DNA of 64,000 nucleotides from Verrucomicrobiia bacterium (GTDB taxonomy: Bacteria > Verrucomicrobiota > Verrucomicrobiia > Limisphaerales > UBA1319). Location: positions 4,256,001 through 4,320,000 of the forward strand of contig OY760937.1 of NCBI GenBank assembly GCA_963664225.1. Reading direction: 5' to 3'. A model generated the notes under the pieces. That model did not search any database. It saw nothing but the letters and a program-made list of their open reading frames with translations, and was not told the DNA's origin. The position numbers and the translations under genes were made by a program. How positions within the stretch are numbered: the first letter of the stretch is position 1; the number at the start of each line of letters is the position of its first letter. Below, in pieces: positions 50,478 through 61,447 of the stretch.

Positions 50478-51691
50478 TCTTTATAACTGTGAACCGATTC
50501 GGCGATGGCCGGCGGTGGCACTTCGTGAATGGTCAGGGACTCCTTGAGGCGCGGATCGCGAATGGGATAGATCGGATGCCGGGCCAGATTTCTCAAAAAG
50601 ACGAATCCAAGCGCGCCGCCAATCCAGGCGCAGCACGCCATATCGGTCCAATGCCACGGAAATTCCTCGAGATGCAGGGGTGGCAGCACGTTGAAGGAAA
50701 TATCGACGAAGTGCATCAGCCAGAACCATCCGCACAGGGGAATCATCAGCCACAATTTGAGCTTGGCGTCGATCCTCAGCAGCAGCAGGAACGGCAGCAG
50801 GAAATGTCCAAACACCAGCACCATCCCGGCGGCCCACCACCAGCCCTTCTCGCGGGTGACATACCAGAAGGTTTCCTCGGGCAGATTGGCGTTCCAGATG
50901 ATGAAATACTGCGCGAAATGAATGTAGGCGTAAAAGACCGTGAACACGAGCATGAGCACGCCAAGGTCGTGCAATTGGCTGACATTAACCAACCCGCGCA
51001 ATGGACCGGTCGTGCGCAGCCAGACCGCCAGTCCATACAGCGTCGCCATGCCCAGCCAGGCGCAACCCGCAAAGTAATAGACGCCGAACATGGTTGAAAA
51101 CCACTGGAACTGGAGGGACTTCATCCAATCGATCGCCGCGATGGACAGAGTGAACGCGAACAAGTAGATCCCCGCGGCGGACAGCCGCCGCATCCTGTAG
51201 GTGAACTTGGCCTCGCCCGTTTTATCCTGCTCCAGGGACCAGTGGCGCAACCGCCAGGAAAGAAAGGTCCAGACCGCAAAACAGATTGCCGCGCGGATAT
51301 AAAAGAATGTGGGATTCAAATAAGCCGATTTGGCTCGAAGCCCCTCTCCGGCCGTTCCCGGATGCATCCAACCGTAAATATGTGGCGCGAGCAGGGCCAG
51401 CGGTAGGAACAAGGCCGCCATCGGCAGCGCCAGGAAGGCCATGTGCTCGGCCACGCGACGCATGCATACGGACCAATGGGAGTCGAATAAATGATGGACG
51501 ATGACAAAGAACAGGCCGCCGAGAATCACGCTCAGGAAGAGCATGAAGGCCAGGAGATAGGAGAAACCAAGCTGGCGGAGATTTGAGGTGGCGCCGATGG
51601 CCACGGCGATGCCTCCCACCACGGCGATGCCTCCCATCACCCGGCTCATCCGCAGAATTCCGCCCATTCCAGGTTGTAATTCAGGTTTCAT
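50474..51691 (-). CDS. actF: Alternative complex III membrane subunit ActF
   Basis: Polytopic membrane protein; KSAYLN, DWMKSL..WFSTMFG, HDLG, FAQYFIIWNANLPEE. Confidence 0.88.
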   Translation of the reverse strand: MKPELQPGMGGILRMSRVMGGIAVVGGIAVAIGATSNLRQLGFSYLLAFMLFLSVILGGLFFVIVHHLFDSHWSVCMRRVAEHMAFLALPMAALFLPLALLAPHIYGWMHPGTAGEGLRAKSAYLNPTFFYIRAAICFAVWTFLSWRLRHWSLEQDKTGEAKFTYRMRRLSAAGIYLFAFTLSIAAIDWMKSLQFQWFSTMFGVYYFAGCAWLGMATLYGLAVWLRTTGPLRGLVNVSQLHDLGVLMLVFTVFYAYIHFAQYFIIWNANLPEETFWYVTREKGWWWAAGMVLVFGHFLLPFLLLLRIDAKLKLWLMIPLCGWFWLMHFVDISFNVLPPLHLEEFPWHWTDMACCAWIGGALGFVFLRNLARHPIYPIRDPRLKESLTIHEVPPPAIAESVHSYKE

Positions 51692-52302
51692 TTTTTAAGC
51701 GCCACTCGTTTTTCGGCTGGCACGTCATTCGTATCACCCAGGCGGGTGCGCTCCAGGGCGCGTATGTAAGCGATGATGGCCCAGCGATCCGTCACGGAGA
51801 CTTGCGAGGCATAGGGGAGCATCAGGTTTTTGCCATGGGTGATGGTGTTGAAAATCTCCCCGTCCGGCATCCGCACAATGCGCGCTTCGTGGTAGTTTCC
51901 CGTGCGCAACATTCCGTATTTGGTCGTGATTCCATTGCCATCGCCCGCGGCGCTGTGACACGGGCTGCAATAGACCGTGAACCGCTGACGGCCCCGGGCC
52001 AGCAAAACCTCGTTGAAGGGCAGCGGATTGGTTTCGACAAAATTCGTCGTCCCGGCAATCCGGCCTGTGGCCACCGGGTTGTCTTCGAGCAGGGCATCAT
52101 GCGAAACGGTTCCCGCCACCGGCAGTCGCGAGGTCGATTGGCCTTGGAAGAAGGCGCTGGGCTTCTGCGGGCGTAGCTTGGGCTGGCGCTTCATGTCGGG
52201 GAAGACTTCCAGCGGCGGCCTGCGGGACAGGCCGCCACGGATTCCCGCGATGCTGAGAACCGCCACGACCACCAATGCCATTGTGAGCAAAAAGTAACGC
52301 AT
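51688..52302 (-). CDS. actE: Alternative complex III monoheme cytochrome ActE
   Basis: DMKRQPK, CSPCH, DGEIFNTITHG, DRWAIIAYIRAL. Confidence 0.9.
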   Translation of the reverse strand: MRYFLLTMALVVVAVLSIAGIRGGLSRRPPLEVFPDMKRQPKLRPQKPSAFFQGQSTSRLPVAGTVSHDALLEDNPVATGRIAGTTNFVETNPLPFNEVLLARGRQRFTVYCSPCHSAAGDGNGITTKYGMLRTGNYHEARIVRMPDGEIFNTITHGKNLMLPYASQVSVTDRWAIIAYIRALERTRLGDTNDVPAEKRVALKK

Positions 52303-52309
52303 AACCGGT

Positions 52310-54310
52310 TCATTCCTTGACCAACTCAATCGCCCGCGACCCTGTGTCCTCGAGGAACTTTCGGGTTCGCGCTTCCTCATACTTCGGATCGGAGTGCTCG
52401 ATCAGGATGAAGAAACGATCGTGTGTGGCGCGCAAAAAGCGGGGACAATTGTGAATGGGATGATGCCAGCGGGGCAGTTTGTTCATGATCAACATACCGG
52501 CCAGGGATCCGATCGCTCCGAAGAGAATGGTCAATTCGTAGCTCACTGGAAAGGCGAACATCGGGCTGAACAACGGTTTGCCGCCAACAACCAGGGGGTA
52601 ATCGAAGGCATTCATAAACCAGATCATCAACATGCCTGTGGTGAAGCCCAGGACACCTCCCACAAATGTGAACCAGCCCACACCCGGATCGCGCAGGCCC
52701 ATCGCATTGTCGAGGCCGTGAATGGGGAACGGAGTAAAGACATCCCATTTGAGAAAACCGGCGTTGCGCACTTTTTCGGCGGCCTTCTTGATTTCTGCGG
52801 AAGTCTCGAATTCCGCAAGCAACCCATACGGTTTGTGGCCATCGTCCTCCACTGCGGCGGTCACTTTCAAAGTTTCCGGAATCGGGACTTCTTCCTTGAG
52901 ACGGGCCATCGGATGTTCCGGATCGCCTTGGGGCAGCACGCTTTTGACTTCGGCTATTGCGATCAACGGGACGAATCGCAGGAACAGCAGGAACAGGGTC
53001 AGAAACAAACCGAAGGTTCCGGCAAAGGTCATGATGTCGATGATGGTCGGCTTATAGTAACCCCAATTCGACGGAATGAAATCGCGATGGAGGCTGGTCA
53101 CCACAATGACGAAGCGCTCGAACCACATGCCGATGTTCACCGTGATCGAGAGGATGAACACCGCCACCATGCTGGCCCGCACCTTTTTAAACCAAAACAG
53201 TTGCGGCAGGAAAACGTTGCACGTCACCATCGTCCAATAGGCCCAGGCGTATGGACCGAAAGCCCGGTTTTTAAAGGTGAACAGTTCGTAAGGATTGCCG
53301 CTGTAGTAGGCTATGAAAAACTCCATCGAGTAGGCGTAACCCACCATGGAGCCGGTCGCCAGGATCACCTTGCACATGAGATCGACGTGCCGTTTGGTGA
53401 TGACTTCCTCCAGGTGACACAGCGAGCGCACCGGAATCAACAGGGTCAATACCATGCCGAAGCCTGAAAAAATGGCTCCCGCCACGAAATAGGGTGGAAA
53501 AATCGTCGTGTGCCATCCGGGAAGTTGTGACACCGAAAAGTCCATGGACACGATGCTATGCACCGAGAGCACCAAAGGCGTGGAGAGACCCGCCAGGAGC
53601 AGATAGGCCTTCTCATACCGGCTCCAATGGCGATTGGAACCGATCCAGCCCAGGGAAAAGAATCCGTATAGATATTTCTTGATGCCCGGCAGCGCGCGGT
53701 CCCGCATGGTCGCCAGATCCGGGATCAGTCCCATATACCAGAAGAGCAGGGAGACCGTAAAATAGGTCGAGACGGCAAACACATCCCACATTAACGGCGA
53801 GCGAAACTGGGGCCAGATGTTGTTGGAATTTGGGATTGGGAAAAGCCACCACGCCAGCCACGCCCGGCCAATATGAATCGCCGGGAAAATTCCGGCGCAC
53901 ATGACGGCAAAAATCGTCATCGCCTCCGCGCTGCGATTGACCGCTGTGCGCCATCGTTGGCGCAATAAAAACAGAATGGCCGAAATCAGCGTTCCCGCAT
54001 GTCCGATGCCGATCCAGAACACGAAGTTGATGATGGCCCAGCCCCAGGCGACCGGCCGGTTTACGCCCCACACGCCCACGCCCGTGGAGATTTGATATCC
54101 GATCATGGAAAAACAAATCACCATCAGAACGACGCTTGGGATAAAGGCGATCCACCACCAGAGCGGTGTGGGGCCTTCCGCCACACCCGCAATGGTATCC
54201 GAAATCCAGGCAAATCCCCGCATGTTCTGAACCAGTGGCTGACGTTCCAGCCCGGGTGGTGGGTCTTGAACCGGAACAATCAGGGCTGGAATGCGCGCTT
54301 CGCTGGACAT
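52310..54310 (-). CDS. actC: Fused ActC (NrfD) - ActD (DUF3341) subunit
   Basis: [31 protein letters not shown], then in frame GLLAEF...[21 protein letters not shown]. Confidence 0.9.
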   Translation of the reverse strand: MSSEARIPALIVPVQDPPPGLERQPLVQNMRGFAWISDTIAGVAEGPTPLWWWIAFIPSVVLMVICFSMIGYQISTGVGVWGVNRPVAWGWAIINFVFWIGIGHAGTLISAILFLLRQRWRTAVNRSAEAMTIFAVMCAGIFPAIHIGRAWLAWWLFPIPNSNNIWPQFRSPLMWDVFAVSTYFTVSLLFWYMGLIPDLATMRDRALPGIKKYLYGFFSLGWIGSNRHWSRYEKAYLLLAGLSTPLVLSVHSIVSMDFSVSQLPGWHTTIFPPYFVAGAIFSGFGMVLTLLIPVRSLCHLEEVITKRHVDLMCKVILATGSMVGYAYSMEFFIAYYSGNPYELFTFKNRAFGPYAWAYWTMVTCNVFLPQLFWFKKVRASMVAVFILSITVNIGMWFERFVIVVTSLHRDFIPSNWGYYKPTIIDIMTFAGTFGLFLTLFLLFLRFVPLIAIAEVKSVLPQGDPEHPMARLKEEVPIPETLKVTAAVEDDGHKPYGLLAEFETSAEIKKAAEKVRNAGFLKWDVFTPFPIHGLDNAMGLRDPGVGWFTFVGGVLGFTTGMLMIWFMNAFDYPLVVGGKPLFSPMFAFPVSYELTILFGAIGSLAGMLIMNKLPRWHHPIHNCPRFLRATHDRFFILIEHSDPKYEEARTRKFLEDTGSRAIELVKE

Positions 54311-54311
54311 A

Positions 54312-57300
54312 TCAATGGCCTCCCTTTTCTTCAACGCTGTTTGCAGGCTCGCCATGCAGACTCTCGTATTCGGCCCGGCTCAGGGGTTGCTCGTGGTAGT
54401 CGGGCATGCGCGGGTTTGGATTGCGAATCCGCGCCATATACGTCGTTCGCGGTTTGGTGTTCAAAAAGCCGAGCACCGAGTAATCCCGCGTCTGCTTTTT
54501 CAGTTGCGACACGCGGCTGTTCGGATCGGACACATCGCCAAATACGATGGCTTGCGCGGGACAGGCCTGCGCGCAGGCCGGCGTGATCGTGCCGTCGGGA
54601 ACGCGCACGTCGGGAGACGCCCCCGCCTTGATCTTCTGATTGATCTTCGCCTCTTCGATCCGCTGGACGCAATAGGTGCATTTCTCCATCACCCCGCGCA
54701 TCCGCACGGTCACATCGGGATTCTTGGCCATCTGCACCAGGTCGGGCATCCCCTTGTGAGTCAGCGGCCCCCAGTAGAGCTTGTCCAGGGGGCGCTGATT
54801 GAAGTCGAAGAAATTGAAACGTCGGACCTTATAGGGACAATTATTGGCGCAGTAACGGGTGCCAACGCAGCGGTTATAAACCATCATGTTGAGGCCCTCC
54901 TCATCATGCACTGTGGCGTTCACCGGACAGACATATTCGCAGGGCGCGTTCTCGCAATGCTGGCACAGCATCGGTTGATGGACGACCTGGGGATCGTCCA
55001 ACGTCAAATCCTCCTTGGCCACGTTGTAGTAACGATCAATGCGAATCCAGCTCATCTCCCGGCCGCGCGCCACCTGGTCCTTGCCGACAATGGGCACGTT
55101 GTTTTCGCTCTGACAGGCCATGACGCACGCCAGGCAACCGACGCATGCGTTTAAGTCGACGGACATGCCCCATTGGTGAATGCCCTTCTTCTCCGGGTAT
55201 CGATCCATCGGATGCTGGTAGATCGGACCCGCGTCCGGCGCGTGCTCCTCCAGTTTCTGCGCAAATTCGGGCTTCTGACGAAATAGGTCCAGATTGGCCT
55301 CGCGAACTATGGGCCGACCTTCCATGGCCCCATGCGACTGCGTGGTGGCCAGCGCATGAGTGCGTCCTGTGGCCTTCACGCGTGCGCCGATGCCGGAATG
55401 CGGTTCCAGCGAATCGCGAATGGAATAGGCATTGAAACCGGCGCCGTGGCCGATGCGTCCCGTGACACGCCGCCCATATCCCAACGGCAACCCAAGCGTG
55501 AAGTCCGCCTGACCGGGTTGAATCCAAACAGGCGCCTCGACTTTGCGCCCTTTCCATTCGATCTCCACGATGGGGGCATTCAGCTCCCCGCGTTCCTTGT
55601 TGACGTAAAACACACCCAACGCCCTGGCGGTGGTCACGCTCATGGTCACCGGGTTTTCCCAGGTCAGCTTGGTGATCGGATCGGGCAATTCCTGCAACCA
55701 GCCGTTGTTGTTGAAAGTGCCGTCGTTGACCGAATAGTCCCGATGAAAAACGATTTCGAGCCGGTCCTGACTCGGTGGAGCCGTTTGCGAAGCCTTGGCG
55801 CTGAATTGCAGAATGGCTTGAGTCACTTGCTCCCAGACGATGGTTTGTATCACCGGTCGGACCGCGCTCTCCTTCAAAAAACCGTCCCGCAGGAAACGCT
55901 GCCATTCCAGCTCGAAGCTGGATTCAGACACCAGGGACTTGAATGTGGCGCGAACGATTTCATTGGGATTGACCGTTTCGAGACCGGCCAGACGCGCGAA
56001 AAACTCAAGCTCCGTCAGTCCATCGAACAAAGGGGCAATGAGCGGTTGCACAGGGACGAGCGTGCCGTCGGACGAGCGCGCATCCCCCCACGACTCCAGA
56101 TAATGCGTGGCTGGAAAATGCCACTGGCAAAGCGCCGCCGTTTCATCCTCATGATAGCCGAGTCGAACGACTTCCTCGATTTTGCTTTGCGCGGCGCTCC
56201 AATCCAGGTCGGCCCCGGCCGTATAAGCGGGATTGCCCCCCGAAATCACGAGCGTCTTGACCTCTCCGGCTCGCGCCAACGCGGCTAATTCGGCGAGGCT
56301 CCCGCTCCTGGGTTCCGTGTAAGGCCGCATTTCCACCGTGGCGCCTTCATTGCCCAACGCACGATTGATCGCAATGACGAGCAAGTGAACCGCCTCGGGT
56401 TGACGTTCGCCGGCCACCACCAGACTCGCGCCGCGGTTTGCGATCAGATCGGCGGCGCATTCCCTGACCCACTCGGGTTTGACCCCTGGCGGCAGGGGAA
56501 TGGAGACCAGCGCCTTGAGAAATTCCTCCGAGCCGGTCACCGGACTCTGGGCGAAGATGGCCGAGGCCAGGCCCGCCGCCATGCCCCAGACGTTTCCTGA
56601 AGAAAGGCGCAGACGATGATCGGCATTTACACCGGTCAGCGTGAGTAGCGGTTCGACTGCATAAAGCCGGTTGGGGGTGTCGGTCGGCGTGGCTAATTTT
56701 CGGCCCTTGGAAAAATCCCGGATGCGCCGTGTGTCATCTTCAGGATTACCCAGAAAATCGCAATCCAGCGATACGATCACGCGGGCGCGATCGAACCGAT
56801 AATACGGCTCCACACCGACTACATCCTTACTACTTGAGGCAGTCGGGGTTCCGAAAGCCCGCATCGCAGCCGCCCGTTCTGCTCCCTGATCCACCGCTTG
56901 GTGCGTAAACCAGCGGGCCTTGGGCAGTTTTTCCCGAATGATCCGCTGCAATCGCGCGCCCGAAGGGGAATGCCCCAGCTCGGTTAAAAAGCAGAGGCCC
57001 TTGCCGCTGTCGGCCGCCACGCGGCGCGAGAATCCGGCCATGTAATCCAGCGCCGCCTCCCGTGCAATCGGCGTGCCCTTGTAGAGAAAACGAATCGCGC
57101 GATCCACGTCATACAGGTCGAGGATGGAAGCCTGCGCGAACCGGTTCGCCCCGGCGATTTCGAGAGGATGCCGGGAATTGCCCTCGATCTTGATGGGGCG
57201 GCCATCCATGGATTTGACGACCAGGGGTTGAGCGCCGCGCCGTCCGGGCATGGCGGTGGCGAAATACTGCGCAACGCCGTGGACATAATCCTCCGGCATT

Positions 57301-57551
57301 TTTGCAAAGGGATAAATGATTTCCTCTGGCCTTCGGCAACCGGTCAGTCCCAGGCCGGCCAACAGAAACGAAGCCGACATGATCTTGACGAAATGCCTGC
57401 GTGAAACCGGGTCGCTCCATTCGCTGGCTCCCTGGGGAAACTCCCGCTCGATCCACTGTTTGAACTCCGGGGTGTCCGCCAGTTCGTCCAGACCGCGCCA
57501 ATACCTGGGGCCGGACTGCGTATTCACAGTTGTTGGAGGCGTCCTTTTCAT
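54312..57551 (-). CDS. actB: Alternative complex III ActB (molybdopterin-oxidoreductase-like plus Fe-S domains, Tat signal)
   Basis: [63 protein letters not shown]. Confidence 0.93.
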   Translation of the reverse strand: MKRTPPTTVNTQSGPRYWRGLDELADTPEFKQWIEREFPQGASEWSDPVSRRHFVKIMSASFLLAGLGLTGCRRPEEIIYPFAKMPEDYVHGVAQYFATAMPGRRGAQPLVVKSMDGRPIKIEGNSRHPLEIAGANRFAQASILDLYDVDRAIRFLYKGTPIAREAALDYMAGFSRRVAADSGKGLCFLTELGHSPSGARLQRIIREKLPKARWFTHQAVDQGAERAAAMRAFGTPTASSSKDVVGVEPYYRFDRARVIVSLDCDFLGNPEDDTRRIRDFSKGRKLATPTDTPNRLYAVEPLLTLTGVNADHRLRLSSGNVWGMAAGLASAIFAQSPVTGSEEFLKALVSIPLPPGVKPEWVRECAADLIANRGASLVVAGERQPEAVHLLVIAINRALGNEGATVEMRPYTEPRSGSLAELAALARAGEVKTLVISGGNPAYTAGADLDWSAAQSKIEEVVRLGYHEDETAALCQWHFPATHYLESWGDARSSDGTLVPVQPLIAPLFDGLTELEFFARLAGLETVNPNEIVRATFKSLVSESSFELEWQRFLRDGFLKESAVRPVIQTIVWEQVTQAILQFSAKASQTAPPSQDRLEIVFHRDYSVNDGTFNNNGWLQELPDPITKLTWENPVTMSVTTARALGVFYVNKERGELNAPIVEIEWKGRKVEAPVWIQPGQADFTLGLPLGYGRRVTGRIGHGAGFNAYSIRDSLEPHSGIGARVKATGRTHALATTQSHGAMEGRPIVREANLDLFRQKPEFAQKLEEHAPDAGPIYQHPMDRYPEKKGIHQWGMSVDLNACVGCLACVMACQSENNVPIVGKDQVARGREMSWIRIDRYYNVAKEDLTLDDPQVVHQPMLCQHCENAPCEYVCPVNATVHDEEGLNMMVYNRCVGTRYCANNCPYKVRRFNFFDFNQRPLDKLYWGPLTHKGMPDLVQMAKNPDVTVRMRGVMEKCTYCVQRIEEAKINQKIKAGASPDVRVPDGTITPACAQACPAQAIVFGDVSDPNSRVSQLKKQTRDYSVLGFLNTKPRTTYMARIRNPNPRMPDYHEQPLSRAEYESLHGEPANSVEEKGGH

Positions 57552-58198
57552 CGGTGGCACGTGTAACAATTTTGCGAGGAGTTGATTTTCCAATCATGAA
57601 CGAACTTCTGGCCCTGCGCGGTTTGCTTTTCGGGCGCATTGGTCCACGTCATGTTGAACACCTGCTCGGGCGGGCGAAGATTCGGCGCGGGATTGCGGTG
57701 GCAATCCAGGCAAAAAGCCATGGTCAAAGGTTTCTCGTGGCGCACTTCGATCATGGTGTTGATCTGGCCGTGACAGGAAACGCAACTCACCCCGCGGTTC
57801 ACATGCACCGCATGATTGAAATAAACAAAGTCGGGCGTCCGATGAATCTGCACCCAGGCTATCGATTCGCCGGATTTATAGCTGTCCCGGATCATCGCCA
57901 GGCGGTCATCGGTCGCCAGCACCTGGCTGTGGCAATTCATGCAGACCGATGGGGAGGGAATATTGGCATACCAGGAGCGCTCCACCCCCGTGTGGCAGTA
58001 ACGGCAATCCAATCCCAACTGGCCCACATGCGTGGCGTGGGAGTATGGAATTGGCTGAATGGGTTGATAGCCGACACGGGAATACTTGGGTGTGAAATAA
58101 TACCAGACTCCCGCGACCATCAAAGACCCGCTCACCATTAGACCGATGCCTACTTGCAGAGGCAGTCGGTTGAACCACCGAGGAAACAGGTTCGCCAT
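57548..58198 (-). CDS. actA: Alternative complex III pentaheme cytochrome ActA
   Basis: One TM plus five CxxCH motifs (CRYCH, CMNCH, CVSCH, CLDCH, CYTCH). Confidence 0.93.
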   Translation of the reverse strand: MANLFPRWFNRLPLQVGIGLMVSGSLMVAGVWYYFTPKYSRVGYQPIQPIPYSHATHVGQLGLDCRYCHTGVERSWYANIPSPSVCMNCHSQVLATDDRLAMIRDSYKSGESIAWVQIHRTPDFVYFNHAVHVNRGVSCVSCHGQINTMIEVRHEKPLTMAFCLDCHRNPAPNLRPPEQVFNMTWTNAPEKQTAQGQKFVHDWKINSSQNCYTCHR

Positions 58199-58390
58199 TT
58201 AGGAATGATTATAGCATGAATTAATGAAGACGCAAATTGCAGTCACCGTTTTGTTAAATGGAAGGAACCAGGCTGTAATTGAGGAGGAGTCCGAGCCCGG
58301 TCAAGTCCCGTATTTTAAGCGGGCTTGCATGGGTGAAGAAGAAAGGGGAATCGGAGAACGCCGCGTGCGGGCCTGTCGATTCAGGGAAAT

Positions 58391-58418
58391 AAAAAAGGCG
58401 TCCCGAAGGACGCCTTTT
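58391..58418 (-). terminator. Rho-independent terminator after the prepilin gene
   Basis: Minus strand AAAAGGCGTCC-TTCG-GGACGCCTTTTTT. Confidence 0.85.
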
Positions 58419-58436
58419 GTGAAAAAACCACCGGAA

Positions 58437-59225
58437 TTAATTACCGGTATAACCGTGGAAGGGAACCGCCACGATGTTCGACACATCGCCCGAGTTCTTC
58501 AACGCGTCGCGGAGACGGCTGGTGCTCAACTGCTGCACGCTGCCATCACCCATGACCGCATTACCCGCGCTCTGATGAATCTTGTCAGTCCAGCCCGCGC
58601 CAACGCCTGTGGGCTGTTGGTTCGTGCCCAAGGCGACGATGATGCCCTTGAGAGGTTGAAGGACTTGCGAATTCGTGCTGATAAAGTAGGTCGATCCAGC
58701 AATGGTGTTATAAATATTGCGATCGCTGCCCAGAATCATCGAGGGGAAAGTCTCATCCCCGTTCAGACCCACCGTGTAGCTGATGTATTTGTTGCTCAGG
58801 AAGGGGACGCGTCCCGTACCCGCCGCGGCAAGTTGTGGGCTGAAATCCGTCGCTTCGAGAGCGTCATCCGAAGGGCAGATCACGATTTTCGGCGTGCTCA
58901 ACTCATTGGACATGGCCATATAATGCCAGAAAATATTGGCTACGCCCAAACCCGAAGGATTGCCCGGCGCCGTTACAAATTCCGAGGACCCACCCGCATT
59001 GGTGCTGATGGCCATCGGGAACCTGTCGCCGTTATCCGTGGCAAACACGCGATACGCCAGACCGACGTTCTTCAAGTTGTTAACGCATTTAATACGTTGA
59101 GCCTTGGCTTTCGCCTTGGCCAGCGCCGGCAGGAGCATGCCCGCCAGAATCGCGATGATCGCGATGACGACCAGTAGTTCGATGAGCGTGAACGCCCCGA
59201 CTTTCTTATTAAAGACTTTGTTCAT
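58437..59225 (-). CDS. Prepilin-type N-methylation / H-X9-DG protein
   Basis: Short basic leader, [39 protein letters not shown]. Confidence 0.92.
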   Translation of the reverse strand: MNKVFNKKVGAFTLIELLVVIAIIAILAGMLLPALAKAKAKAQRIKCVNNLKNVGLAYRVFATDNGDRFPMAISTNAGGSSEFVTAPGNPSGLGVANIFWHYMAMSNELSTPKIVICPSDDALEATDFSPQLAAAGTGRVPFLSNKYISYTVGLNGDETFPSMILGSDRNIYNTIAGSTYFISTNSQVLQPLKGIIVALGTNQQPTGVGAGWTDKIHQSAGNAVMGDGSVQQLSTSRLRDALKNSGDVSNIVAVPFHGYTGN

Positions 59226-59255
59226 ATCACTTTTGTTTGGGTTAATGATTCGCTC

Positions 59256-59283
59256 AATTTAGACACTTTGATGGCAGTGTCAA
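59256..59283 (-). promoter_or_regulatory. Putative sigma70 promoter overlapped by a palindrome
   Basis: Minus strand TTGACA-N16-TAAATT; GACACT-N8-AGTGTC inverted repeat at 59262-59281. Confidence 0.5.
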
Positions 59284-59307
59284 AATTATTTTGCGCAATT
59301 TTCTTTA

Positions 59308-59323
59308 AGCAGCGACCGTGCCA
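59308..59323 (-). promoter_or_regulatory. Putative sigma54 promoter of the prepilin gene
   Basis: Minus strand TGGCACGGTCGCTGCT (TGGCAC-N5-CTGC). Confidence 0.65.
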
Positions 59324-59764
59324 CCGCCTGCCCCGGAAATGGTAAAATCCTCAATTTGCGTTAATCCTTCGAAATGCTTCAAAAAAGCCCTGTTTTTCAC
59401 CTTATTGCGCCTCGCGCACGCGTTCATGCGCGAAGCCGACGCGTTCCATCGAGTCGAAAAATCCTCTCAGGAACCCTTCACGCATGCCGCGTGGATTCAA
59501 CACCCTTATTTTGGCGTTTTTTGAGCATCGAATGCGGGCCAATCGAAGTTTCTTCCAGAATTAATTACAAATCCGGGCTGAATCGGGTCTTGGTCTGGAC
59601 CCGGGGCAGTTGCACTCCGTCGTTGGCGGATCCTGAAATTGCAGGCCAGGGACCGATTTCCGATGTCGGTCGGGTTTGGCGGATGGGATTGAACTCCAGA
59701 AAACCAGGAACACATGACCCGCAAGTGATCCCGCCGGTGTGAATTGCAGGCCGCCCTTCAACAT

Positions 59765-59791
59765 AAAGGCCGGATCCAAAGACCCGGCCTT
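59765..59791 (-). terminator. Hairpin/terminator after the nucleoside permease gene
   Basis: Minus strand AAGGCCGGGTC-tttg-GATCCGGCCTTT. Confidence 0.55.
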
Positions 59792-59815
59792 GCTCCAGAT
59801 TTACCGATACCGTCC

Positions 59816-61267
59816 TTACGCTTTTGGCGTTGCGGGTTCTTCCTTATATTGGAAAAGAAGCGCAAAGATGGCCATGATCACCAAGGCGCCGACAGCAGGC
59901 AGCAACCAGATCTTTTCATAACGGCTCAAGGGGCGTGTGAGAGCGCTCAGTGGCTGCGTAACCGTTTGTCCGGATGGTAGATATACACCGTCTGCCTTTT
60001 TAAAGGCTTCCAGGGTGGCCACGGCTGGTACGGCGGTGCCCGAGGCCTCCGCTTTGGTGTCCAGGACGGTTATTTTCCCGAAAGTCGCCACACCGTTGAC
60101 ATCCCACTTGGCGACATTCCCCACCGCCCAGCCGGAGGGCAGGGCCACGGTTTGAAACCGGGTGGGTTCGATATTGGGGAAGCTGTATTGTTGAACCACG
60201 ATGCCGGATAGGTTGGAGCCGACAAACATACCAGCCCCAAGCGTGACGAAGGCGATAAAGCCCTGCGCTTTGGCGCGAATGCTCTCCGGTGACTTTTTAT
60301 CCGTGTATATATAAGCGGTAACGAAAAAGAAGTCGTAACACGCGCCGTGGAGAACCAATCCAAGGTAGAGAGGCCAGAGGGCGCCGGTGTTGTAACCCAG
60401 GATGAACAGCAGGTAACGCAGTCCCCAGCAACACATTCCGACGACGAGCATGTATTTGACCCCCAGCCGGGCAAAAAACCAGGGCATGACGAGCAGAAAG
60501 AAGATTTCCGACATCTGGCCCATCGTCATCTTACCCGGGACATTGGAGACGTTCAGGTCTGAGAGGAATTGGGAGGTGAATGAAAAATAGAACGTCAACG
60601 GAATGCAAATTAGAAAGGCACTTAGAAAAAACATCGCAAAGGAGCGTTCTTTCAGGAGTTTCAGCGCGTCCAGGCCCAGAATATCGCGGACGGTCACAGG
60701 CTGGCCCGTGGTCTTGGGCGGTGTGTGCGGCAGGCTCAGGCAGTAAACGCCCATGAGGATGGAGACGATGCCGCCGATGTAAAAGGGTGTGGGGGTGGTG
60801 ATGGCTGTGACCCCAAGGGAACCAATCGCCAGACCGGCCACGATCCAACTAATGGTGCCCATGACGCGGATGTTCGGGAATTCCTTGCCCGGGTCTTTCA
60901 TCTGATTGAAGGAGATCGAATTGGTCAGGGCCAGGGTGGGCATGTAACAGAGCGTGTGGGCCACCAGCAGAGGATAAAAAGTCTCGAAAGTGAGCGCGCG
61001 CGCGGCCCCAAACAGGCATAAACCGCCCAGGACATGGAGCGCGGCGAGGATTTTCTCAGTGGAAAAGAAGCGGTCCGCCACCATGCCGACAAAGAATGGG
61101 GAGATCATGGCCGCAATGGCGGTGGTGCTGTAGGCCGAGCCGATCTGCAGGCCGGTGAAGTTCAGCGTGTCTTTCAAATAGGGCCCCATGGTCACATACC
61201 ATGCGCTCCAGATGAAATATTCGAGAAACATCATTATGGATAGCTGGATGCGCACCTTTGTATTCAT
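59816..61267 (-). CDS. MFS nucleoside:H+ symporter family (NupG/XapB/YegT-like)
   Basis: QLSIMMFLEYFIW..W, ADRFFS, YMPTLAL, FPNIRVMGT, GQMSEIFF, HGACYDFFFV. Confidence 0.9.
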   Translation of the reverse strand: MNTKVRIQLSIMMFLEYFIWSAWYVTMGPYLKDTLNFTGLQIGSAYSTTAIAAMISPFFVGMVADRFFSTEKILAALHVLGGLCLFGAARALTFETFYPLLVAHTLCYMPTLALTNSISFNQMKDPGKEFPNIRVMGTISWIVAGLAIGSLGVTAITTPTPFYIGGIVSILMGVYCLSLPHTPPKTTGQPVTVRDILGLDALKLLKERSFAMFFLSAFLICIPLTFYFSFTSQFLSDLNVSNVPGKMTMGQMSEIFFLLVMPWFFARLGVKYMLVVGMCCWGLRYLLFILGYNTGALWPLYLGLVLHGACYDFFFVTAYIYTDKKSPESIRAKAQGFIAFVTLGAGMFVGSNLSGIVVQQYSFPNIEPTRFQTVALPSGWAVGNVAKWDVNGVATFGKITVLDTKAEASGTAVPAVATLEAFKKADGVYLPSGQTVTQPLSALTRPLSRYEKIWLLPAVGALVIMAIFALLFQYKEEPATPKA

Positions 61268-61447
61268 GCAAGTCAATGGGTTTAATTTGACCGCACCTTA
61301 TCTGGGAATATGTCCGGTTGGCAAGGAAGGAAAAAACTCTTGATCCCGCGCGGCGATTATTTAACCTGTCCGCCATAAGCTCTAACGAAGGTGAAACCCC
61401 GAAAGCGGTTTCTTTTACTGAGTAAAACCAAGTATCGAAATAAATAT

